From NCBI GenBank assembly GCA_973895155.1, contig OZ316891.1, positions 964,143 to 1,028,142 of the forward strand: a stretch of 64,000 nucleotides of DNA, given 5' to 3'. The notes beneath the pieces were generated by a model. That model worked only from the letters and a program-made list of their open reading frames with translations. It was not told the origin of the DNA and ran no database searches. Shown piece after piece: positions 39,765 through 49,969 of this stretch. The position numbers and the translations under genes were made by a program. The number at the start of each line of letters is the position of its first letter. The stretch's first letter is position 1. The stretch comes from Marsupella aquatica (lineage: Eukaryota > Plantae > Marchantiophyta).

Positions 39765-42700
39765 ATGGAAGGAAGTGCAAGGACAGGGTCTGCTGAGATC
39801 GAGAACCTCATGACAACTTTGTGTAATGTGATTTGGATGACAGAAGATATTTGTGATGAACAAAAGTTTGTGAGGAGACCTTGGTACTTTCGGGATACTC
39901 GAATGATGTCCAAGGAAGCAGCTGACTGGGAGACACCCGTTCTTTGGGTTCAAGTGAAGAAAACAGAGAAGATTACACTCTCCTTTGGTCCAGTAATTGG
40001 GGTTGCCGCATGTGACTTTAAGAAGGGTCATGGGAAGGAAAAATCTGTCGCTATTGGATTGAGCTTCCTCACAATGTGTGGAAGCAAGGGTTTTGTGGCC
40101 CTTGTCATGGACATGGATTTGTATGATCTCTCAACATTAGACAAATTTCCCGAAGACCCTATTGTGAAGGAAGTTGCAAGTACAATTGAGATGGAGATCT
40201 TCAAGCCTGAGTGGGTTGCTAATGTTGTGGATGATTCGAGTCCTTTGATGCTGCCGTTTGTCCAAAAAGAGTATAAGAGACTCGTGGGTGAAGAGTTTAA
40301 ACCCACACGAAGGATCAAAGTAAGGAAGCCAACCATTAGCGGGAGTGGTGCATCTTTAGTTGCAAAAGGAGTTGATTGTGCTAGTGGGAGCGGGGGACAT
40401 GGGAAAGGGAATTCCCAAGTAGAAGCTACAATGAGAGTGATTCTAGGTGAAGCACCTCAATCTGTAGAGGCAAGCCCAGGCGCTACTGCAAGTGTTGGTC
40501 GTGGTCGAGGTCGTGGTCGTGGAAGAGGTCATGGAAGGGGAGTTGTGGATGAATTGGTACCTGTCGAGGCAGAGGTTCCATCGCCATCAACTTCACTTGC
40601 AAAGAAGAAGAGGACTGGTTGGATTGGAGGCACAGGAGTAGCTCTAGCTGCAGATTCAAGTGGTGCAATAAGCACTCCAGCTGTGTCAATGCATCAATCC
40701 AAAGAACGATTACCCCTTACCTCAGGTCCAACCTCAGCTGTCGTTAGCATTCCCCTGGTAAGTTTATTTGTCTAGAAAAAATGAATGTTGGGAGCGATAC
40801 TTGTATCGCGCATTGCATTGAAATAATGAAAATTATGGTTTGCATTTTGAATTCTTCTTAAAATTCATTGCAAGCCATGTTATTTTTCAGGGAGATGAGG
40901 AAGAAGAGACGCCGTTGGCTTCATTTGAGACAGATGCCATCAAGGCTGAACTTGCAAAGCTCATGCTTGAACGCAGAGTCCAGAGGACCAGTGTGCTTCC
41001 ACATGTCAATAATCTCATTTTTGAAGATGAGGGTGAGAATTCAACTTTAGTTAGACCTGTAGATCGGCTACATGTAGAGAACATCAAAATGTTGCTCATG
41101 AAAAACCCTTCCAACTTCACGGCTCCATTTGTTGTTGTAGTTGATCCAACAGATTGTCCCACAATTCATGAGTGGGACATTACTAAATCTAGGGTATGGA
41201 AGTATCGAGTAATTGGCGGTAATCATGGAGCTCGTGCAAAGGCTGAACTTTTCAAAATGTATGGAAAGCAAGTGTACGGTGAGATTGAGGCATGGGTTTA
41301 CTCTGGTCTAACGAGACATGAGATCAGGATGCTGGCTTTCCAGCATAACTACGACCAGGAGTACCGTAAAACCATGACATTGATTGGCAAAGTTCGTGCC
41401 TGTCACAATATTTTCATGGAAATGAATGTGGGGTCAACTAAAGAGGTGCGAGAAGCTTGTTGTAAGGAATGTATGCTTGATTACACTCCAGGTGTTCGTG
41501 ACTCAATGGCCAAACATGACCCTACATTTCAGATTGCCTTTCGATCTGGGGAGATTTGGGAGCTCCAAGATAAATTTTTCTCTATGTGGCAAAAGTTTGA
41601 GATCCTTGGTCAAACAAAGCCAATCGTGGCCAAGCAGCCGTCAGCAACATCAAAAGGTAAATCAAAAGCTAAACCTAAACCGCTGAGTGCAAGTGAAATC
41701 AAAATGAACAAGCTCTCTGGGCATTTCAATTTGAGGGTCTTCAGAGCTCTCCAGGGGCTTTCCAATCAGGAGCATGTGAAGCGACTCCTAAACAGAGTAA
41801 TTGGAAAGAAAATCACTCTAGAACAAATGTTCAAAGAAGGTGAGACACTTAAGAAGTTGGCAAAGGTAAAGAAATTGTTCCTGCAGATTTCTGGTCAAAA
41901 AGATTGGGCAACATGCCGGGAAATGTTTCCCCAGGAAACTGATGTGAAAGTCCTTTCAACTTGGTGCGAAAAGCTCATAGAAGCAGTAAGCACAATGTCC
42001 TTATGGCCTTTTGTTTTCAGTTATATATATTCAAAGCAAACATTTGAGATATTGAATGCAGGTAGTGTTACTTGTATCACTGGTGGCATTCAAAATTTGT
42101 GTTTGGAAATCTTACAAAGAGTTTTGTTTAATGTGCAGTTCAAAATCAGTTCAAAGAGGAAGAAAAAAGTCATTTCTGGAAATGAATTTGATGAGGGCGT
42201 GGAGGTCGAGATTCCTTCATGCGACATCCCCTACGTCTTCAAGAACTATGTTCTTGAAGCAATTGAAAAACACAATCGGAGACTGAATATCTCATCAATT
42301 GCTACAGCTTCATCTCAACATCAATGGAAGAATGCAAATGGAGACGCATTCTCATATTCTATTCATGTTGGAGATATTCGGAAACTAGAAACCTTTCTAG
42401 AGCCAAAACATTTCACTTTGGCAATTGCAGACATCCCGTACGGTTTCAATGCCCCTGGTTCTCAGTTTGACGAGGAACCTTTCACTGAACAGGATGTAAA
42501 TGAGATGGTTACTAATTTTGCTAAAATCACCACCTCTCCATTGTGGAGGTTTGTTGTGATCCATTCCTTGCAGCAGACAAATAGCGTTATGAGCGCACTT
42601 GAGAAGGTTTGCAATTGCGGAGTTGAGGCCGGTATATATGAGAAGACAAACATCCATGAGCACCCTTCTGGGCCAAGGCTAGCTTGGGCCTTTGAGAACT

Positions 42701-43119
42701 GGTCAATTGGTTATTACAGTGAGGATGGAGTCCGAAAGAAGGAGATGTACAATTTTGCTCCTGATGAGTCCAGGGTGAACATTGTGAAAGTTCCCTGTGT
42801 TACTACAAAGTCTATGAGTCCATTAGGGTTTATTGTAAACCCTTACCAAAAACCAATTGCATTGGGTGATTGGTTTGTTAATCATTTCAGTGAGAAAGGG
42901 GACTGGGTGGCAGACCTTTGTTGTGGAACCGGGTCAACATTGGTGGTTGCACTTCTCAACTCTCGGAATGGGTGTGCTGTTGACAAAGGTGAGACTCAGG
43001 TAGAATTTTTGAGGAGTCGGATTATGACATTGGAATCTGTTTGGACTCTATACGATGAAGCACAAGTGTCCGGTGAAGGTGGCCAGGGACAAGAAGTTCA
43101 GCCTCCGGTTGGTGGGTAG
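39765..43119 (+). CDS. ParB/Srx-like domain + beta-class DNA amino-methyltransferase (N6-A/N4-C) fusion; exons 39765-40757 and 40891-43119, with a probable in-frame intron at 41986-42138
   Basis: ParB-like VRPVDRLHVENIK...PFVVVV...YRVIGGNHGARA...EIRMLAFQHN. The MTase region has GDIRKL..FTLAIADIPYG (motif IV), NPYQKPIAL and GDWVADLCCGTGSTLVVAL...GCAVDK (motif I). Catalytic-before-SAM order indicates beta class. The phase-0 GT-AG intron joins the two ORFs. An RG repeat lies in the linker. Confidence 0.88.
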
Positions 43120-43419
43120 TTGGGAGTCATTGGTACTAGCATTTATGTGGATACTGATGACTAGGAGGAGCCTGAAGAAAATGAGCCAAACATTGAAGAA
43201 AAGCTACCTAGAACACCGGACGACGGGGAACTCAATGATATGTTGTTAGATTAGATGTGTGCAATAAAACTATTGAGGATTTATCAAGGCTTTCTATTAA
43301 TGATTGAGAACCTTGATAAACATATCTCTATTTGAGGTTTGAAATGCAATTGGCGATACATGTATCGGATGTAGCATTCCCAACAACATTCCTACCTATC
43401 TGCACTTTTCCTACTCTAA

Positions 43420-46400
43420 CTAGTCACAGTCATCTGCATCAATGATTTCCGTGTCAAGCATTGCTGCTTGGATGATTCGCTTTGTTTGTACTGGAAGCGT
43501 GTTGTTTGAGAGCAGTGCAAAATTATATGCATAAATTGCAGTTTCTGAGAGGCACAATGTGTCCTCAAGTAACTTGTTAGAGGATGCAACTTTTTCAGGG
43601 TAATATTGACCTTCCATAGCAGACCCTTCTCGAGAATCCATTGTATACCATACAATTTTGATGTTCTCTGGAACATCTTGTACTTTGGATAGAATATCTA
43701 TGACTTTTGCCATCCAAAATGGTCTGCTGTTTGGATCCCTATATGCAGCCACGCAAATCATTGCATATTTAGTGTTCACTTCAAGATCTTTGAAGTCTCC
43801 CTCGACTGCTTTCTTCTTCCTTGTTCCAGAGTACATGACTGTTGTTGCACCTGCAATTTTATCTAGCAAGGCTGGCTCTATTTGTGGGGGAAGTGCATTT
43901 CTTGGAGTCTCTACTCCAATATTTGATTTTGGCCACGTCCAATCAAAAACCCATTGTCCTGCCTTCAAGTGGTGTTTAATCACTTCTTTCTGGTTGTCAA
44001 AGAAACGGAGCCACCAAAGTTTATCCTCATCATCAAAGTAATTGAATCCATCTTCAATTGATTTGCGATATTTCTCCAGGACTGCAACATGGTTGCAGAG
44101 AAGATGCTCGTCTCCATTGCCTCCGTCATCATGTTCATCATTCTCCACTGTTGCTCCGGTTGTAGATTTCAATGCCATTTGTGCAGCAACCCACATGGTA
44201 GATGTGGGGATGTATCTAAGGAACTCCACTGCTTCTCCCCAACTTTGAGTGCTAGAAAGATGCTTTGCGTGAAACAAAGTTGAAGTTCCTCCATTCTCTC
44301 CTACAACCCTCTTCATCCTAAATTGCTTTTGACCACTAATACAATGTAGAGGACACAAAACATGCCCAATACCTCCCATGTCATTGGGTTGGTCTTTATC
44401 CGACACAAACTTCTTGAAATCAGCAACCTCTTCAACAAAGATTATCTCAGCCTTTGGATTGTACGAATCCTTGAGAATGTCTGCAAGACTATCCACCCGA
44501 AAAGCTTTTTGCTTATTTAATTTTGAGGAGAACTTGCTGAACATTTGGTCAATCTGATCATGGGTATGTCCAACCAAAAGAAAACCAACTTTGATCTTTT
44601 GGAAAACCCTCATCTCAACAAGCATATTCAAATATGCCATGAGAAATTTATTTTTATTTTCTCGAGGGGTATTATCAAGTTGTAGATACAACACTAGAGG
44701 GAGTGGACCTTTCCAACTATTTAAAATATGTTGGATCACATGCACTGTCAAGTTGGTGTCATTGTGAATGTTTGGATAATTCAAAAACACTTTTGATGTC
44801 AAATGTCCATTGAACACCAAACAACCCACCACATGTACCGGAATAAAGTACTTCTCGTCCATGTTTTTGGGGCACCTAGTGAAATGTGGCAACTCAGTCT
44901 TTTTTTGATCCATACCATCAATGCAGATCCTCAAATATTTTTCTGGACTCTTATAGCACTTGCTTCGGTGCTTTGCTAATTTCTCCCTCTCAACTCCTTG
45001 TGCTTTCCGATGTTGGTTCAAAAGTGTTGAATATTTTCCTGTCAAATGAACATCAATGTTTTTGTCAATAATAACCGCATCACCAAACCAAACAAGTAAA
45101 TAATGTAGTACTTAACATCAATCCTTTACTTATTTAAAGGTAGACACAACTTACGTTTTTCTGCTTCAAGTACTGCTTTGTCGCGAAGTGCTTTGAACTC
45201 TGTGCAAGGACCGCATGTGGAGAAGCGACTCTTTTTTGGAATACGCACCCTGGGGAACTCTTTGTTCCAGATGCGAACAAACCAAGAATATGTGATCTCG
45301 GTTTCCTTCCGCACCATAGTATCAGTCTTGAAAGCATCAAATACTTCAGCTTTCGTCCAATTGTCTGGTAAGTGGAAGATGTCCTTGTTTGGAAGACTTT
45401 CAACATTTGACATGAAAAACTCATTCAACCATTGAACTAGTGAAAGATGAGTAACCGATTTTTCCTTGCAAAATGTGTCATTTTGAATACGAGAAAACGT
45501 ATTCCTTGAGATTCTCTGCAGCCGATTATTTCCAACGGAAAATAATTTCTTGAAACCTTCTCGAAAAAAAGATCTCCCGTCAACAATGTAACCGGTTGGA
45601 CCACCGTGCCCACTTTTCAAACAGCCCCTTAGAAGTATGTTCTTCTCGGTCGATGATAAGCCATAATAGAAGGTCCGGTGTTTTGTCACTAAATCTAGAC
45701 CAAAATATCTCAAACACAAATTATCACAACATGGGTACTTAAAAACTTCTTTCATTTTTTTTGTCTTTAAATTTTGATTTGTAACATTATCTTTCCTCAC
45801 AAGCTTGTCTCTCACTTTCTTGCTAAGCTCCTTTTGTTTCTCCATACTGTGAAATCCATGGAGTGAATTTTCACTCTCTTGTCTCTCTGCAACTTCCAGA
45901 ATAGAGCCATTAGTATCTTTTGAGCTACTATCATCTGAAGATAGAGTGGGATTTCTCGGATCACTAAAGAGATGACTATAGCTACTCTCGCCCTCATTTG
46001 TTTCCAAACATTCTGATACAACTTGTGCAATGGCTTGCAACTGTCTATTTTCCTCAACATCTTCCTCCTCACTTGACTCATCAGAAAACACTATTGGACT
46101 TCTTGGTTCTCTGTACATAATTTGGACTCCGCTAAAACTAGTGAGGCCTCGTCTAGCAACTTGAAGACGTCTAATTGGCTGTCTAGAAACACTCCTAGTT
46201 GCAGAAGTGGGTCTAGCGGTCATCAATGGTGTGTCTTGATTGTTCCCCAAACTTGTATTGTGTACACGAGCGGCTGCCATTGGTCCATTGATTGGAGAAG
46301 CATCGAATAATCGTTGTACACATCTCCCCACTGCAATTTGAGATTGCGTAGATTCTGGACTTTGTAGTCCGTTGTCTTTGCTGTTGCTGGGAACCAGTTC

Positions 46401-46961
46401 TCTTTGACGCAATGCAGACGGCGATCCACGTATCGTTGTGTGTATTGTACCTTGCGTTCTCACGTCTGTCCCAAGAAATATCCTTCGCTGCACCTGTGGC
46501 AAAACTGATTCCCTCAAAGGCAATGCAAATGGCGATACACGTATCGCTGTTTGCATTCGACCTTCTCTTCTCTCCTCTGGCACCTGTTGGAAACTTGAAG
46601 CGTCAATTGGAGATCCCAATCTCGTTGCCAATACGCGTATCGTCTTCTTGATTCCTTCACCATACCCAGGGATAGACGGTCTAAATCGACGTCTAAAACC
46701 TAAACCTTGGATAGAAAGCTTTTGCATCCGAGGGGAGGGAATGTTTAGGAGCCGACGTTTATCAGGTTTACTAGGTGACACATAGTAAGCCCCAGGTTCT
46801 GGTTCAGAACTTCCATCAGAATCAGAGTCCGATATTTTGGGTACACTCTGTTGAGAAACTGGGAGTAATTTGCGAATATGATTTGGCAAACATCGACGAC
46901 CATGAGGACCACCATTGGGGGAGGACTCAACTGAACTGGAGGGCGACCACTCTTTAGACAT
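43420..46961 (-). CDS. Sola1-like/DUF7869-type DDD transposase, intact; exons 46961-45155 and 45038-43420 (~1141 aa)
   Basis: Motifs CIDGMDQKKTELPHF, LYLQLDNTPRENKNKFLMAYL and GFLLVGHTHDQIDQMFS. Upstream there are Cys motifs CCDNLCL and FSTCGPC and a long disordered N-terminus. The intron rebuilds an R codon in frame. The 4-bp TSD fits Sola. Confidence 0.85.
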
Positions 46962-48844
46962 GGCTAACGTATAACTAACTCTATACTGGTGGGCATTCCT
47001 GTCACAAAATGCTCTTATATGCTCAAAAAACTCAAATAGACGCATAACTTTGTGAAACAAAATGGTGCAAAAAACTTAGTCGGCGTTGATGTATTTATAG
47101 TTTTTGGTGACCCTGAGCCACGTGGCTACTTCTGATTGGTCAGCCGCTACACGACAAAATAGATTGGGTGATTAAAAAAGGTTCAAATTAGTGTTTTAAC
47201 GACAAAATTAATGTACATGTTAAGTGTTTCCTCCGGGGTGGATGCAATTTTTATTCTATTTGGGATATTGTACTGTGGGTTGCTTTAATCAACCATTGAG
47301 ACAATTTGGTTCTAGATGCGATACAAGTATCGCTTTTTGCATTTTGGGGTGATTTTTTCAAATTGGTCCTGTAAAAGGTGCACATATTGTGCTTTGGAGT
47401 TATGTACCATAGTTTTGCTGATTCACAATCACTTTTCACGATGGTTAGGCGGAATGGTTACCATGATTTTGTCACTTAGTTTACTTTCTGGTTAAAAGTA
47501 GATCAACTGCGTTGAACTGTGTAGTAAATTTTGGGCAACTATGATGTAACTTTTCAAATTGTTGATAGTAAATTTTTTGAAAGGAGAGGTTGAGCTACTT
47601 TTGGAGTATATTCTCAAATGATGAATGTGGTTTGCGATACGAGTATCGCTAGTTGCTTTCCTTTATGTGTTTGGGTTTGGAAGCAAAACTATTATGTGTA
47701 CAAGTTGACGGAAAATAAGGATTTTCCATGTTGGAAACAAAGTTGAACGTTGTCAACAACAAACAGTACATTTTGGAAGTTTAAATATATATAATGAGGT
47801 AGTCTGTGGGCATTGCTCACCCCTTCAATGAAATCCCATCTACGATACAAAAATGTAACTACTGGGATATTGCGGAATTTTGGATGGCTATTTGTGTCAT
47901 TTCAACAAAATTGGCGAGAATGAAAAACACCCTTCTCTATGTGCGGAAATACTTCTCAATTGGTCCGAAATCATGTTACAACTAAATATAGAGAAGAAAA
48001 AGAAGAAAAAGAAGAAGAAAATTAACACATTTTCCTTCCTTCTAGAGTCTCACAGGCTCTGTAAAAATCCAAAATTTCTCATGCCCCAAAAGATTCTCCC
48101 ATCATTCGTGTGTACTTTTATATTTAAGATGATATCACATAAGTATCTTCTAATATACGATGTCAGATCAGTATCGTCTACTATACTTTGTATTTTAGTA
48201 TTAAAATGAGCATATCATTTGACATACCTGGTCAATCAATCCAAGGGTACAAAACAATCTTTGAAAAAATCTGACGGCTCAGGTTTGTTCCCTCCATTTC
48301 TGAATTTGTAAGCGGACGAAAGAGCTTTTTGGCGGCATTGCATATTATAGAAGTAGATAAGCATTGGAAAGGTTTTAACTAATGAAGGTACACACATGGG
48401 AAGGAGAAACTTTGGGGTTGACAAACTTTTTGGATTTTTTCATAGAGTATAATCATGAAACTTTAAAAAGAAGCAAAATGGATTAATTTTTCTTTTAACC
48501 CCGTTTTTTTTCTTCTCTTTATTTAATTTTGCATTTTTTTAGTATATTTAATGGTGCCAAAGGTAAGAAAGAGGGGGAGGAATGGAGTGGCGAGGGAGTG
48601 AAGAAATAGGAATTAAAGGGGAAGAGAAAAATTAAAATGCTCCCCACCCAATACCATTGTGCGACCACACCTTGACCCTGTAAAGCCATCACCTCTCTTG
48701 CACTCCCTCTCACCCTCCCACATGCTTGCTCTCCTCAACAACATAGCTATCACAACAATGACAACATGGTCGCAATAACATTTGAGATGTTTAAACAATT
48801 TTTTTGCCCTACTTGCATTTCTTTGCATTGTTTACATTTTTTTG

Positions 48845-49446
48845 GCGGATGACATTTCTTTGTCTTGCCTCAACATTTTTGCCTCACAACAACATCTTTG
48901 CCACACTTTAACATCAGTCTAAACTTGCCTCAACATCTTTGCCTCACCTCAACAATTTTGCCTCACCTCAACAATATTTCCTTGCCTTGACATGGCTGCA
49001 ATGACATATCACATGCCTGAATGAATGTATACCTTGCAAAGCCTATATTTTCTTGCTTCACCTTGACTTCTTTGTCTTGCTTCAACATCTTTTTGCATCT
49101 TGACATCTTTTCTTGCTTCAACATTGTTTTTTAACTCAATGTCTTTGCCCTCCTTTGACATCTCTTTTTGGCCTTTTAACATTTTTCCTGCCTGAACATC
49201 TTTTTCCCTGTCTTTTCTCACCTCAATCAATATATTTGTCTTGCCTTGACATCTTTTTCTTTCATCAACATCTTTTCCTCACCTCAAAATCTTTTTCTCT
49301 CCTCAACATCTTTGTCTTAACTTGACATCTTTTTCTCACCTCAACATCTTTTTCTCTCCTCGACATCTTTTTCTCACCTCGACATCTTTTTCTCACCTCG
49401 ATATCTTTTTCTCACCTTAACATCTTCTTCTCACCTCGACATCTTC
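48845..49446 (+). repeat. 19-bp tandem array (ACCTCGACATCTTTTTCTC), reverse complement of the 17598-18190 array
   Basis: Repeated units are visible directly and are most regular at 49320-49446. Confidence 0.9.
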
Positions 49447-49759
49447 TATGCAACTGACGGGCATTGAGCTAGTCTTACTATAATAGTGCATTTTGAAGCC
49501 TACTATTAAGGCCAGGCCTTAGGTCTAAGTGCAGCCTAGCCCGTAACTCCCAATATAAACAAAGCTTTGTAACTCCCAACATAGACAAAATTGATAATGA
49601 GATTCAATATGGTCAAATTTTAGTGGAAGACTTACAAAAGAGACATTGACTCTAATTAAAGATAAAAACTGAAAGTAAGGTGAACCAAAAAAGAGTGGGG
49701 CAAAGACCAACCAGATAACATAATTTTTTTTGTTTGTGCAATAATCGTTTTAGTGTCTG

Positions 49760-49969
49760 TTAGTTAAAAAAGGAATGGGTCATGGGGCTAGTGGGAACAA
49801 TCCGCAACATCTATTAGCAATACGTAATTCCTGTCAGGAGAAGAGGTTACTGGTGTGTAACCATTAGTTAAAAAAGGAATGGGTCATGGGCCTAGTGGGA
49901 ACAATCCGCAACATCGATTAGCAATACATAATTCTTGTCAGGAGAAGAGGTTACTGGTGTGTAACCATT
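49760..49969 (+). repeat. 104-bp tandem duplication
   Basis: TTAGTTAAAAAAGGAATGGGTCATGGG...GGTTACTGGTGTGTAACCA occurs twice. Confidence 0.93.

Larger units (their letters stand above)
37686..47648. promoter_or_regulatory. Dispersed palindromic motif CGATAC-NN-GTATCG, about 14 copies, a probable protein-binding site
   Basis: Copies start at 37686, 37990, 38030, 38079, 38276, 38915 (degenerate), 39695, 40795, 43354, 46422, 46533, 46629, 47319 and 47635. All lie inside the TIRs. Confidence 0.85.
37545..47977 (-). mobile_element. Sola-like DDD DNA transposon, 10,433 bp, carrying a DNA methyltransferase gene
   Basis: The left TIR is AACATGATGTCGGACCTATCGAGAAG (37545-37570). The right TIR (47952-47977) reverse-complements to AACATGATTTCGGACCAATTGAGAAG (23/26 match). 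The 4-bp TSD is ACAA (37541-37544, 47978-47981). The rejoined site AAAAAATGCACAACTAAATATAGAGAAG matches the opposite host arm AAAAAATGCAAAATTAAATAAAGAGAAG. Confidence 0.92.
19033..49472. mobile_element. Foldback host element: two inverted Helitron-like arms, with the left arm interrupted by the CACTA and Sola-like elements
   Basis: The left end ATGCCCGTGCGTTGCACG (19041) and the right end TGCAACTGACGGGCATTGAGCTAG|T (to 49472) resemble plant Helitron 3' hairpin/CTAG ends facing outward. Both are followed inward by 19-bp arrays. 37340-37544 plus 47982-48125 is the reverse complement of 48375-48745. Confidence 0.65.

Noticed and set aside
39744-43119. Bacterial contamination or a restriction-modification operon
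   Set aside because: The gene has GT-AG introns, lies within a TIR/TSD-bounded eukaryotic transposon contiguous with plant genes, and has no restriction endonuclease partner.
37340-48745. The ~200-bp inverted repeats at 37340-37544 / 48520-48745 as TIRs of the MTase transposon
   Set aside because: They belong to the host foldback. The inversion continues at 47982-48125, and the true TIR+TSD junctions are at 37545 and 47977.
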